A stretch of DNA of 64,000 bases, taken from Bugula neritina. Taxonomy: Eukaryota; Animalia; Bryozoa. A program made the translations under genes and the position numbers. The notes below the pieces were generated by a model. That model worked only from the letters and a program-made list of their open reading frames with translations, made no database searches and was not told the DNA's origin. Below, one piece after another: positions 15,001 through 28,900 of the stretch. The stretch spans positions 12,244,633 to 12,308,632 of the forward strand of contig OZ037769.1 in NCBI GenBank assembly GCA_964035545.1. Direction: 5' to 3'. How positions within the stretch are numbered: position 1 is the stretch's first letter; every line of letters starts with the position of its first letter.

Positions 15001-18000
15001 TTTAGCACACATCAACAGATTATGATCAAAAATTTTTAAGTTTACTCAAAATTCATGAAAACTTACTATTATAGAGTAATAGAATTTGCTGATTCTAACT
15101 ATGCATAGCAAAAACACTGGGAAGAGGTCCTACAACATTTAAGCGCAACGTCATGTCATAGGAGCTAAATATATATTTGTGAACCATCATGGTTCATATA
15201 ATATATCTCAATGTACTAATAAATTAGGAAAAAGCATAGAAAATCATGCATAATTGAAAAAGCCTTAAATATTCAGTTTTATTTGCTAAAATTTCAATAG
15301 TTTGAGGCTAAAATCTATATACACGAGTAGCTAAATTGTAAAAAATCGTCAATGTTTTAGTGGGCTTAATGCCGCAGTTTCATATGGCTACCTGGAGGTG
15401 TGCTCTGGTGACATTGTCCAATAGCTTCATCTGTAGCAGGCAAAGTACATAAGCTAAAGGCACATCGCAAATAGCATTGCTGACCTTGGTTTTCTAAGCC
15501 TTTTGTTTTGTAGATGTCATGGAGGAACACTTTGCATAAGCGTAGAAACATAGCATAAACCTGGTAGCTTGTATGAATAGTCATCCTGAAAAAAGTCCTA
15601 GTGTCACCAAATCACACTTTCTTTCTACCAAGACAATTAGTATGACTCCCTTTCCAATATTTTACATTGTTGCCACTACATCACACCCTGAGAGGCCATG
15701 GGACAGCAGCAAATTGTCTATTATAGGAATTTGTCTTGGACTTTCTCACCTAGTACGCTGTGGTCTAAGATGGGTGGCGGTTTTGCAGGGCACCAAGTGC
15801 TATCAGAGAGTGTCATCTGATTCTGTCGTCTTCATCTGAGAGGCCACATTTCAGTATGACATCCTTCACTGTATTCATTAACCTTTTCTTGGGCCTCCCT
15901 CTCTTTCTCTGTATCTTCATCTCAGCCACCATTATAATATCTTCATCCCTATCTCTTCGGCGCACATGTCCATACCATTGAAGAGGTCTCCTCCTCATGC
16001 CTATTGTGATGGCTTTTATTTTGGCTTCCTCCTTATATTATCATTTGTTAATTAGTCTTCCTACTCTATATTGTAAATGTGACAAAGCATCCTCATCTTA
16101 GTTGCACTTATCTTGTCTTCTTGTCTTTGAGTCAGTGGCCATGTCTGATATCCATACATCAGTGTAGTTTTTATTGCCATCTTGTATAACAGAACCTCCA
16201 GCTTGGTGGACATTTTCTTAACTTCTTGTGCACCCTTTTTTGAGTGGGTCATTGCAGAGTTCAATCTTCCTTTCAACAGACTCCCTGTCCTTTGAATCAC
16301 ATTGGACTCTTGATTGCATCTCATCCTTATGAGTAGTGGAAGCATTTATTTCAGACTCATCTCTGATGTCATTGAAGCCTTACTGTATTTTGTTGCATGC
16401 AGAATTGCTGTACACCCACACCTTGAAAATTTCAGTTTTAATGGTGATGCCAATGATTTTCCCTTGCGGTGACCAAATCTCACGGAAATCACCTCAATCA
16501 TAATGTCTGACCAGATGCCGTCGATCTGGCTGCGTTTATGATGCATTGTGTGGTTACCAGCCACGAATTCAATCCTTACATCTTGTGGTATGACCTTCAT
16601 GCTACACAGATATAAGTACATTTCCTTTTCCATTGCTAGTTGTAAGGCCCAGTCTCCTTCTCTATCAGCCATGATGTGGGTGTTGATGGAAAAAATTGGT
16701 CTAATAAAGCACATGACCCACGGTTTTTGCTGTTCTTCAGCTCTCTGAAATTTTAGTCAACATCTTGTCAAGGTCCTCCATGCTAGTGATTACACTCTTA
16801 TCAAAGACTGACTTCAACAGCTCTCCCACCAATATTCTCAGGCCTCGTACATTCTGGAAAACTTTTTTCATTTAGCATTTTGAGGAAACCAACAAAAAGT
16901 AGAATTAACTACTTTTACCAAATCAGTTTCAATCATTAATGTTCCAGTGCACCCAACATAGGTCATTAAAAGGGAGAAATTAATAGTAAACATTTATGAA
17001 AGGAGATTGGTATGAAAAAGGTAGGGAGCCACTGTTCCAATGAATGTATTACTTCCCCCAGCATGAAATAGATTCTCATTCATAAAAAAAAACTGTTTAC
17101 AAATGTTTTTAAAGAAAAATTCAAATGTGCCGATTGTAAAAGTAGTTTTCGAAAGCAAAAAGTCAATATTTAGATAAACGATGTGTCCATAATAAAGCAA
17201 TTAAACTATTTTAAGAAGCCATGGTGTTGTGTTATCAAAGTTGTTCACCTTTTTTTCTAACTTTAAAAAACATAGCTAAAACTTTAAAACAGAAAATAAC
17301 TATTAAGTTGGCAGCTCAACAAACTTTTTTGATAGGCATGCTAGTTTGAAATAAATTGCTATTTAGCTCATATGGCAAAGACGTTGCATTTCAATTTTGC
17401 AGAACCCCTTTCAGCTTTATTTGTTGGACATATTTGTAATCAGCATATAGTATCACCCCATATAGTAAATTATCATGAATTTAGAACAAACTGATATGCA
17501 GATATGCAAGGAAATTATAAACACGGCATTAAGGCTAAGTTAAACTTAAAAAAAAGTGAATGATTAAGGCTTAGCTTAGTTACCCTTGGGTATCATTTGC
17601 CTATTACTCAATAAAACACATGATAAAGGTACATGCATCTTTATTATATCAATTTCTAAAGATTTCAAAGCATTGAAGCCTTAAATTTAGCCTCAGTGGG
17701 TAGATACATTTGAATTATAAAGAATCGTCTGGTGCCTGGCGGCCATCTTGAATTTCTCGAAATGCTCAAGGGTAAGAAGTCCACACCCACCTGGAAACAC
17801 TTACCTAGACCCTATATTTGAATAATCAGAAAAGAAAAAAACTTTATCCGGGGTTGCGAACCTAAGTCAAAAATTGGTGTTTTTCTGCCAGACTAATATA
17901 TGTTAATCAGTGATATGAGTCATTCCACACCAACTCAACAAGGTTTTTGAGGATTTTTACTGACCCGTCTCAGATTTTTTCGAGACTTCAGTATGGTATT

Positions 18001-20700
18001 CCAAAGTATGTCAATTGAAAAAACATCAAATATTAGCCCTTAATTCCTAATAGTTTTGTAGTTATGGCACTTTATGTGAGCAAAGGTTGGTAAAAAATCG
18101 GTAATTTTTTCATGGGTTTCGGTACCGAAGGTCAACTTCATGGATTTATATCTCGGAGACGATTCAATACAAATCTTTCATATTTTTATGGATGATAGTT
18201 CTACATGATTTTATTCAAATTAAGAGCTAATATTTCATATTTCTTCATTTGACACGTTTTGGAATACCATACTAAAATTTCAAAAAAATCTGAGATGGGT
18301 CGGTTTTGGCCTTGTTGAGTTGGCGTGGAATGACCCATATATTAACTCGCTATAGAGTATATATTATACATTAACTCACTAGTATGTTATATATAAACTC
18401 GCTATAGAGTATACATTACATATTAACTCGCTAGTATGTTATATATTAACTTGCTATAGAGTATATAGTATATATTAACTCGCTAGTATGTTATATATCA
18501 ACTCGCTATAGAGTATATATTATATATTAACTGTAGCTAGAGTTATAGCTATAGTTATAGTTAATTGTTACAGAGTATGTAATAATATACAACTTCGAAT
18601 CTCACAAGCATCTGTAGCTTCTTTGACTATATTGGTCCTAGCCTCTTCCTGTCGCTCATTGGTGGACGTCTCACTTAAAATCTCATTGGTTGGAGTAGCT
18701 TGCATTTCATTGGGCGGTTTCTTTTCATCTGCACTCAATTCAGAAACCTTTTTATCTAGACGGAAAACCAAAATAGCATAATAATCAAGTACATTGTCCA
18801 AAAGTTCATGTTGCTGAAAATAATAAAAATGAAAAAATTGATACAAAATTGTGACAGCCCACGCTCTATATTTTATTTCCTTCCGTAGCAAATAAATAAA
18901 AGTGTTATGAATAAAAGAGAATAATACTGTAAAACCAATCAATTTATTTCCTGAACTTATAAATAATTCATCTCAAATAGCTTTTTTGCAGTACAATTTA
19001 TAATTTTAAGCTCAGTTTTGTGTCAAACATGCATTGTAAGATATAGTGAAATTTATATCAATCAGTTGGCTATTTTTTTATTAATATATTCATGACACCT
19101 TTTAAACTGACAACATGCTTAGTTTTCTAAGTTACATAGTTTATAGCTGAATAGTGAACAGGGGTAATATTTAGGTTGTTGCCAAGAATTAGAAAAACAA
19201 TACACAGAAAACTGGCATTTTTCTACCCTCAGTTGACAAAATTTGGAATAAATTTATGTCAAATCCGCTTCAAAAAAAGTTTTGCTAAGCAAGTATTGCA
19301 ATGTGTAAAAGAATTAACCTCTGTGCTACAATACAATACATGAGGATAATATTACTTAAGAAGTCTAGTACCCTCAGAGGATTGCCGTGTATTGTTTGGG
19401 GGGATGAAGGAAGCACCCGCGATGAAGTGAACCAAATGAAATGTTGCAATAAAGCCCATAGCTTTGGAGTAGCCGAATGTGTCCAATAAATACTGCGATC
19501 CTATTGGCCAGACTGTAGAGCCAATAAACGACCCAAGAATCACCAGAGAAAAAGCAAGGTAACTGAATCGTTGAAAGTAAGCTGTAAGGATAGTAGAGCT
19601 GGCCATGTAAGTGCTGGACACACCGATACCTGTAGTATAACTGTAGTATAAGTGTAATACAACACGTAATATAAAGTTATATAATATAAATTTAGTCATT
19701 GAAAACAGGCCTTTAAATTTATTCCATGAAAGCTCCACAGCACCACCTCACATCATAATATTTCCACAGTAAAAAGTATTTTTTGTTAAGTCAGTCAGAT
19801 ATGTTGGTGATGTATTAATGGGTGCATTTTTAGACCAATCATGAACATGTTTACATGTGAGGTGCATTACAAGGCTTCTGATTGGCTGTCTTATCACACA
19901 AGCAGATCTGCCTACAAGGTGTCATTACCTGCGAGGAGTGAGAACAGCAGGAAAGCATGCCATGACTGAGTTGATAAACTCAATAAGCCGAAACCCAGAA
20001 TGAGACAGCATCCTCCCAATATCTCCACTGTTCTACATCCCAGCTTCTTTACCATAATTGATGCTAGAGGAGCTGTAATTAATATAAACCAACTCTGGGA
20101 GCAACTTTATGACAAAAAAATAATAACAGTAGATTAGTAGACAGCTGTTATTTTTCGATGATTTTTCATGCATGCATCAAATTAATGGCTGTGAAACAAA
20201 TGCACTTTTAATAATAAAAGACACAGCACAATAGCTGTGCAGTTGCTTTGACTCAGGGAAAGTCAGTGATATGAATAAAGACTGAAATTATTCACTTATA
20301 TGCAAATTTTATGTAACCTGTATGACAATCTATAGCATTCTTGAAAAATAATATACTATACATTCAAATTTGTGATCAACTAAATTTTGAAATTCTAGGT
20401 CACTCAGCTTTGCTAGAATTTAAGAGTAGCAATTCGTTTGAAGTTTATGTTTACGACGAACCTTTAAAAAAATCAATTTTGAAACTTACCAAACAAGAAA
20501 ATGGCTGCTACATGTAGTGAACCAATAATACCACTTTCCTGGAGCCCAATGTTGAAGAATTTCTGATGGGCTATGGTCATATTACCAAGTATACCAAAAC
20601 TGAATCCTCTGTTACACACATGTGATAGAAAAGACATGAACAGTATCCACCAAGCATAACCTCGGTCTTTATTTGTGGATATCCTTGAGCAGCAGTTCAT
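9003..20700 (-). CDS. SLC16/monocarboxylate transporter-like MFS protein, tandem copy 2
   Basis: Exons 20490-20700, 19929-20072, 19372-19629, 18606-18755, 14074-14213, 13582-13680, 10289-10421, 10034-10167, 9432-9600, 9003-9139. Same structure as copy 1; the indels seen are in-frame and no premature stop was noticed. Confidence 0.85.
11728..11850. mobile_element. Internally deleted MITE of the 7138-7318 family
   Basis: aggtgcagtaatggagaaattgagaaaagcc ... ggctatctcaatttctccactact; an insertion relative to copies 1 and 3. Confidence 0.6.
11995..13289. repeat. 1.3-kb (AGTAGC)n/(AGY)n intronic microsatellite
   Basis: Direct reading. It produces the spurious poly-Ser, poly-Thr/Ala and poly-Val/Ala ORFs. 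Confidence 0.97.
14280..17895 (-). mobile_element. Decayed Academ-type (AcademX-like) DNA transposon
   Basis: Termini TAGTCTGGCAGAA...TTCTGCCAGACTA, ~150-bp imperfect TIRs and a 3-bp TSD ATA (14277-14279 / 17896-17898). Minus-strand relics, in order: LLMTYVGCTGTLM, QNVRGLRILVGELLK, ADREGDWALQL...GIWSDIMIE, XPG/H3TH-like HGLSGCDVV..IGKG (~15650-15710), LPATDEA..RAHLQVAI, and Cys-rich IKCSCGS..CK...GC...PCTEFCPC...CCN (~14860-14985). Stops and frameshifts throughout. Confidence 0.8.
15745..16245 (-). mobile_element. RTE-clade LINE 3' fragment nested in the Academ element
   Basis: LYKMAIKTTLMYGYQTWPLT...MRMLCHI and RRRPLQWYGHVRRR...KRGRPKKR motifs typical of the RTE ORF C-terminus; disrupted. 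Confidence 0.75.
17917..18336. mobile_element. 420-bp MITE with GRG...CCC ends and ATAT TSD (Sola2-like termini)
   Basis: gagtcattccacaccaactcaacaagg / ccttgttgagttggcgtggaatgaccc, plus subterminal inverted blocks (gacccgtctcagattttt...agtatggtattccaaa). ATAT on both sides; the empty site tgATATattaac is present in copies 1 and 3. Confidence 0.8.
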
Positions 20701-21105
20701 CCTGACAGTAAAAGTGTCTTTCAACTTAACAGTTACTGTGTGAAGTTCTGTAAATAAAGTCTGAAAATTGTAAACATTCAGCTAAATCTTAATACTAATA
20801 CTTATAAGTATTAGTATTTGGATTTAGCTTATTTTTGTTAAGTCATAAAATTTATCGGCCAATTTTGCTTTTGGCCGAGTTTTTTTGCTTTATTTTCTCA
20901 CTTGAGGATGGTAAATTTCTTGCTGATATTTAGTTGAACCACCTAATCAAATGGCGGCAAAAATCATGACAGCGAGCGCGATTAACACCGTTGTTGAAAT
21001 TATGTTTACTATGCCAACGCACATGCATACAGCTGATCTTGACTTTTGCGCAGTTTATATATAGACTGAGAGCCATCTGCCAATAAAACGCAAACAGAAA
21101 AATAA

Positions 21106-21560
21106 GTGTAGGGTCACACAACCCCTTTTTTTCGAGCGTGACGTGCGAGAAATCTTATTAGAATACTCGCTAGTGACCTGCCACAGACAGTGCGTGTGTT
21201 GCGAGTACAAAATTTTATTAGCCAATGATAATAGCGTTAAACTTTACTGCTCGCCTACAGACTTTTGTTTTTAAACTACGTCATCAGATTTGGATATTAT
21301 AAAAGTGGAAATGCAAACTATATAAAACTGTTTTAATTCAGCTCGCTAGAAGTTAAATCGTAAATTAAAATAAAATAATGTGCTCGCTAAATATTACATG
21401 GTAATAAGCCAATTAGATCAAACTGTGTCGCACAAGCGTGTCGCACTTCTCGCTCAGCATGTTAGATGCTTGAAAATCCGCACGCAATGTCCAATTTTGT
21501 GGGCTAAATGAGATTTCTCGCACGTCACGCTCGTGTAAAACGCGTCGTGTGGCCCTACAC
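21106..21560. mobile_element. MITE with TAA TSD (PIF/Harbinger-like), nested in a ~870-bp copy-2-specific insertion (~20803-21671)
   Basis: gtgtagggtcacac...cgagcgtgacgtgcgagaaatctta mirrored by tgagatttctcgcacgtcacgctcg...gtgtggccctacac, flanked by taa/taa. A related end, tagggccacacg, lies at ~31485. Confidence 0.75.
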
Positions 21561-22419
21561 TAACTCGAGACATAAAAATCTTCTAGATTTTTCGGCCGAT
21601 TGCAAAATCGGCCATAGAGAAATCATCTAGTACAAAATCGACCAAAATAATCGGCTTGTGTACATGCAACTTAAACTAGATAACAGCACAGTAGTTTAGT
21701 TGCAGTGAATAGCAGTTCTATTGCACTAATAAATTAATACCTATAACAGCCAACTGCACGTAGCAAATACAGACAGACACAAGGTAAGTCAAAGTGCACA
21801 GTGCAAATACACTTACTGTATTAGCCTAGTAGGCTTCAACGTAGACTACAAGTGGTTTGAAATCAAATTCATAAGTGCCTACACGTTTTATTTAGGAAGT
21901 AAATTACATGTAAGGTACAATCTCACACAGTTGATCTCAAAGCCTATTAATAATTAACAATTACAAATTTAGTTTGATTATTCAATATAATAATAATGCA
22001 TTGTGATTGTCAAATAATAAGGGTGTTTAACTTACCTACAGTAAAAGAGGTGCGAAATGCCTCTTTGATATTATTTGTAAAGTTCTTAGTTTATATTAGA
22101 CAAGAATATAATAACTAAACATTCTGTATTTCACTGCATAAACAAACTTTTTTATAATTGTATTTTTCTGCATGTAGTCTTCTACGAATGATGTATTTAG
22201 ACTGGTTTTCCAGTCACTTTATTGTATCAGAATTGTGGTTTCATTCAACTATGAAAGCCGGTATGTGATTGGTTTAGCAGCCAAAGCTCTCTAGTGGCTA
22301 TACTATACATTGTATTTACTACATGCAACAGTCTACCACTCAACCACTATTTGTGGACCTTCCTCATTTATACAACAGCTAGCAGACTGTATTTAGCAGT
22401 CAACTAAACTACATAGGAG

Positions 22420-22712
22420 AATTGATATCAGTGATACACTTTTATTTGTTGACTGGGAATACGACATTTATGAATACTTAAAGTCGCAATGTGCAACTAT
22501 AATGGAGCAGAAAAACTAAGATATCTTAGAAGATATATCAGTGAAAGTGCCAGAGAATGCATAAATGGAGACTTTTATATCTGGACAGAGCAGTCATACA
22601 TACATATAAGACAGAAGCTAAAAGAGAAATCTGACAGTATGCCTGACACAGGAAGGACAATGAGAGATGTATTAAATAAATGGTCAGAGTATTATTGGCA
22701 ACTAAAAATACA
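22420..22712 (+). mobile_element. Decayed BEL/Pao-like gag fragment (duplicate of 8430-8712)
   Basis: ORF 22489: AEKLRYLRRYISESARECINGDFYIWTEQSYIHIRQKLKEK...TMRDVLNKW. Confidence 0.55.
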
Positions 22713-22994
22713 TTTCAACTCTTCAAATTTGAAAATCTTAGATTTTTTATTTATCAACAAAAGAACATTTCTTGGGCTGATTATCTATTACCTGACAAAA
22801 TACAGTACTGCAGATGGTAGTGTACCAATTATTATTATTGGCAACTACAATTTATTAGTTGGTATTATACTGATGAGTTGTTAGATAAAAATGTTTATAT
22901 AATATTTTGATCTCGTTTGTATAAAATACTATTTATAGTTCGGGAGATTTGGAAATATATGTATCTGCAGAGCATGCATGGGCACCGTTTGAGG

Positions 22995-25900
22995 TCAAGG
23001 CTGTTTGCTGACAAGACGCTGCCGACTTATAATGACAGGAAGGAGAATTATGCTGCCAATTATACTTCCACATCCTGCTGATACCAGACTATATAACTCT
23101 TCTGTATTTTCTCCAATAAATGCTAAAAAAATATTTGCAAGATAGCAAACAGTCACCAAATTCATAATTTATAAATTACATGATAGAGAAGTTTCTGATT
23201 GAATGGCATTGGCAGTCACTATTTTAATGTTTTAGCTGGCAACAAATTAATAACTTTTTATTTTTTGCAAAGTACTTAACATCTGCCAATTTTTTTATAA
23301 ATCCACATTTTTGTTCTTAAAATAAGCTTTTATACTTTAACTCTCAGATGTTGATAAAACACATCATACAAGTAGTTGTTTACAAATACTGGTATGCATA
23401 GTGGGAAGACAACTTCGAGTAATAAACTTACTGTAGAGTGCTGTACCAAGAAGAGAGCCTAGTCCTGAGGCTAGGAGTTCTATACCAAAGAGGAGTGGGA
23501 GTAGTCTCGTCCCTATAACATCTAACAACACAGCTAATAGGTTCCCTAGAGACAGGGCAAAGTTCACTCCCCAAATGGATAACAGAATGTAGTACATCTC
23601 CTTCAAATATAGATACACTTTATAATACATACTATAACATATAACAATAACTATGTGTATATAACATAATCAAAGTTGGTGATATACTATAGCACAGCTA
23701 AGGCTGTGTGTAAATTATAAATATGTTGTAAGTCAAATAGGTCTAAAATCTAAATTTATATTTGGTTGGCAGTAGGTGTTGAATTTTGAACGAGAAACAC
23801 AAGATTATTCAAATAACTTGAATATACTGTATTTCACTAAATGTGCACCTTTGTTTGAAATATATTTATGTTTAAAGTGATGGTGTATATACTTGAATGT
23901 TTCATCACAGCTTAATTTTAGAAGTCCTCATGGTGATGGTTAAAATATTATTAGTGTAAAAGTTTCATTAGTTTCAACATAATAATATCATTCAACCACA
24001 ATAGCTTCTAATCATTATGTACTCTTAATATCATGCATTTACAGATATAGTAGACCACAGTACCTTGCTGGTAGAAAAGGCAATTATTATGGTACATATA
24101 CTATACACCATTATTGTGATAAATCTCATCATTAGTCTATCAAACTTCAGTGGACTGATTAACACCGCAGTTACACTTCCAACCAGCTTTGCTCCTCCTG
24201 AAGAAACGAATAGTTATACATGCAATAAGGGAGATAACTCTACACATCAAGTTATTAAAAAGAGAAGACAACTATTAAATATTTTCAAGTTGTACAACTT
24301 GTTAGCAGACAAAGGTAACATACCAAATATGGTAATAGAGAGGGCGGCTTCCCTTTCTATCAGGCTCAGTCTATGGACAATGTAGTTGTTGATTAGCACA
24401 TGAAAGGTCGTGTTGGTTGCATTCCAAAAAAATGCATTCACCATGAGCATCCAAACCTGTGCAGAAGAAAATTGAGAGATACGTGCAGACTAAATTTGTC
24501 TTTTAAATTTATACAATTTGATTACCTCACTAAACTCTTTGCACCGAAGTATTTTAAGTTAAGCAAAATGCTAGCTTTTGCATTCAAGTGTGAATATCTC
24601 AGGAAAAACACATTTCTCTTATACTAGATAGTTATGAACAATCTGGAATACCAGGTTCATTTGCTTATAAATTATTTATACAATAAATAATCAAACATAT
24701 CCAATGCTAAAAATGGCAATGAATGCAAAAAAATCTATTATTTTAGAAATCAGTGAATAGTATTAGGTTTGCATCAACATTATAAGCCGGCCTGCTTTTT
24801 ATCGTTTTTCACATAATATAGAAAATATTTGTAACACAAACGTTTCTAGCTTTTTAGTGACATAGTTTTTACTGCTACTAGTATATCGAGTACATTTTAC
24901 AAAACGCGCCTAGTTATCAGTTGAATTTTATAATCTGAAATACGAGTTATAACCAGTTATAATACTAGTAGAAGGAATTTATTCTAGAATTTTTGTACAG
25001 CAATAATTTTCAGTTATTGCTGTACAACAAATTTATGTTGCAAACCAACGAGACATTTATATTAACATATTACATTATAACAAAGTTAAAATTAAATTAT
25101 AGCAATGCTAAACTAAAACTGAATTGTAACATTGCTGAAACTCAATCACAACAATGCTGGAATTGTAATTTTGTTATAACTTAGTGTCTAACAATCAGTT
25201 TAACAATCAAAATAAATTAAAAGATCACTTTGCACCTGACTCTCAAGGAAGAAAGCTGTTTGTACACTACCATCTCCCAATCTTCTTATATAATAGTGAT
25301 AAAATGTAGGCTAGACTCTTTGGTGATTTAATTTTTACTACAACTAATGTTGGCATGACTATATCTTTAACATTAATTATTATTAAGTAAGTTTTATTTA
25401 TATTAATTATAATCATTATAGGTACTTGCACAGTAATAATGCTATAAGCTGATCTCAGGAAAATTAGGTGCAGCACTATAGTAAATTTAGCTCTTGGCCT
25501 CAATGAGTAGGTAACTTTCAAGTGAGTCATCTATTGCTATTAAAGAGATTTTCTGCATCAAAGTGACTTCAACAAGTTTCAGTAAAACTAAGAAGTCACA
25601 TCGAGTGACTGAAGCTAAGTTCTCTTTTGAGAAGAGGTATAAACACAACTCTCATAATTTCTCCCTAACACAACCAAAATACTCTGATGAATGACACAAA
25701 GTTACCCAAGCTAGTGGATCAACTGCTGGGTAGACTCAAAGTAAATATTAGTTGTACAATATTTATACTTGAACTATGTTTGCTTACACAGATTACTAAA
25801 TTGTTGTTTTTCAAGTTTTAAAAAGCTAAAAACTATAACATATGTATTAGAAATTCGGTTTCAACACTCACATGACATGTACCAATATTATTCAAAATGA

Positions 25901-28900
25901 TGCATTGTTTAGCGGTCTTGTCATTATATAAATATGATATCATTGCATGCATGTATGGTAGTGGCTTGTATTTACTGGTATAATGTAACTTCATGAACAT
26001 TATGAAACTATAACTTACATGTGAAGATTTAATGAGTGACAATAAATCTTTCTTCAATGATGGATTTTCTTCAGCACAATTATCAGTGGAATCAGAGCTG
26101 ATTGGTTCACCATTAGTCTACAGAATAGACATTATATTACAACATATATTACATCATATATTACAGCATATATTACATCATATATTACAGCATATATTAC
26201 ATCATATATTACAGCATATATAGTACATCATATATTAAAGCATATATTACAGCATATTACATTACAGCATATTATATTACAGCACTTTTACAGCATATAT
26301 TACAGCATACATTACATAATATATTACAGCATATATTGCAGCATATATTTACGGCATATTATATTACAGCATGTATTATAGCATACATTGCATCATATAT
26401 GATCTACTAACCGTCAGCTTCTCATCACCTTCACTCAACTTGTCCTCACTAGAGTTTGTGAAAGCAGAATTAGTGAATGTCACGTCACATTTCTCAATAG
26501 CAGATTCTTGTTCAGCACAGGTGCTTATAGATGCCTGACTGGAACTTCCACCTGCAGATAAACATATATGCTAATCAGTGATATATTAACTCGCTATAGG
26601 GTATATATTATATATTAACTCGCTAGTATGTTATATAATAACTAGCTATAAAGTATGTGATATATCAACTGTAGCTAAAGTTATAGCTATAGTTATAGTT
26701 GATTGTTACAGAGTATGTGATATATTAACTAGCAAGTATATAATATACAACTTCGAGTCTCACAAGCACCTGTAGCTTCTTGGACTATACTGGTCTCAGC
26801 CTCTTCCTGTAGCTCATTGGTGGATGTCTCACTTAAAATCTCATTGGTTGGAGTAGCTTGCATTTCATTGGTTGAATTTTTCTCATCAGAACTCAATTCA
26901 GAAATTTTTCCATCTAGACGAAAAACCAAAATAGCATAATAGTCCTGTACATTGTCCAAATTCGATGCTTGCTGAAAATAATAAAAGGAAATAAGAGACA
27001 AAATTTTTGATTCATTCATGCTATCCCTTTTATTATTTTTTGTAGCAGATAAATTAAAATTCAATAAATAATGAAGAATAATAAAACCCATTAATATGCC
27101 TTTAAATGTAGAAAAAAATTCCGTTTCAAATAGCTTTGTTATAGCAAGTTTTTAAGCACACATATTATTAGCTCAGCTCTGTATCAAATAGCATTATAAT
27201 ATATAGTGAAAGTTATAATGATAAATTGGCTATTTTCCTATTAATATATTCATGACACCTATTAAACTGACAATATGCTTACTTTTATAAGTTACATAGT
27301 TTATAGGTGAATGGGGAACAGGGTTAATATTTAGGTTATTGCCAAGAATTAGAAAAACAATGCACAGAAAACTGGCATTTTTTGATCCTGGGTTAACAAA
27401 ACTTGGAATAAATTTGTTTCAAATCCGCTTCAAAATTAAAGTTTTGCTAAGCAAGTATTGCAATGTGTAAAAGAACTAACCTCTGTGCAACAATATAATA
27501 CATGTGGATAATATTACTTAAGAAGTCTAGTACCCTCAGAGGATTGCTGTGTATTGTTTGGGGGGATGAAGGAAGCACCCGCTATGAAGTGAATCAAATG
27601 AGATATTGCAATAAAGCCCATAGCTTTGGAGTAGCCGAATGTGTCCAATAAAAACTGTGATCCTATTGGCCAGACTGTAGCGCCAATAAACGTCCCAAGA
27701 ATCACCAGAGAAAAAGCAAAGTAACTGAATCGTTGAAAGTAAGCTGTGAGAATAGTAGAGCTGGCCATGTAGCTACTAGACACACCAATACCTGTAATAT
27801 AGCCTGTAATATAGCCTGTAATATAGCCTGTAATATAGCCTGTAATATAGCCTGTAATATAGCCTGTAATATAGCCTGTAATATAGCCTGTAATATAGCT
27901 CGTAATATAGCCTGTAATATAGCTTGTAATATAGCCTGTAATATAGCTCGTAATATAGCCCGTAATATAGCTCGTAATATAGCCTGTAATATAGCTTGTA
28001 ATATAGCTTGTAATATAGCCTGTAATATAGCCTGTAATATAGCCTGTAATATAGCTCGTAATATAGCTTGTAATATAGCCTGTAATATAGCTTGTAATAC
28101 AACTGTCATATAACTGTAACATAACCTGTAATATAATCTATAATATAGCTGTAATACGAGTCATGTAGCTGTGATATAACCTATAATCTACATGTAATAC
28201 AGCATGTAGTGTAACTGTAATGTAGCTGTGATATAACTTGTACTAAGCTATAGTTAAAGCAGCCAATTAGAGGTTTTTTATAGAGGCTCTACAGCATCAA
28301 CTCTCATCTTAATATTTCCACAGTAAAAAGTATTCTTTTGTTAAGTCAGTTAGACATGTTGATGATATATTACTAGGTGCTTTTCTAGACCAATCATAAA
28401 CATGTTTACATGTGAGGTGCATTACAAGGCTTCCGGTTGGCTGTCTTATTACAATTACGATGACAGATTCTACCTACAAGGTTTCTTTACCTGCGAGGAG
28501 TGAGAACAGCAGAAAAGCATGCCATGACTGAGTTGATAGACTCGATAAGCCGAAACCCAGAATGAGGCAGCATCCTCCCAATATCTCCACTGTTCTACAT
28601 CCCAGCTTCTTTACCATAATTGATGCTAGAGGAGCTGTAATTAATATAAACCAACTATATGGGAGCAACTTTATGACAAGAAAGTAATAGCAGTAGATTA
28701 GTTGTCATCTTTCGATAATTTTTTATGCATACATCAAATTAATGGCTGTGAATCAACTTTTGACGATGAAAGGCACAACACAAAAGCTTTGCAGTTGCTT
28801 TGAGGCATGAAAAGAGGGTGACAGTGTTAGTTATAAACCATGAATAGTTAACTCACTTACTAAATGTAGATTTTGCATATGCACTGTACGACAATAGAAT

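Noticed and set aside
22489-22884. 131-aa ORF as a host gene
   Set aside because: Its paralogue at ~8500 is frameshifted and the peptide resembles retrotransposon gag.
27702-28113. Repetitive ORFs (QAIL)n, (NIAC)n, (YYRL)n
   Set aside because: Alternative frames of the 12-bp minisatellite.
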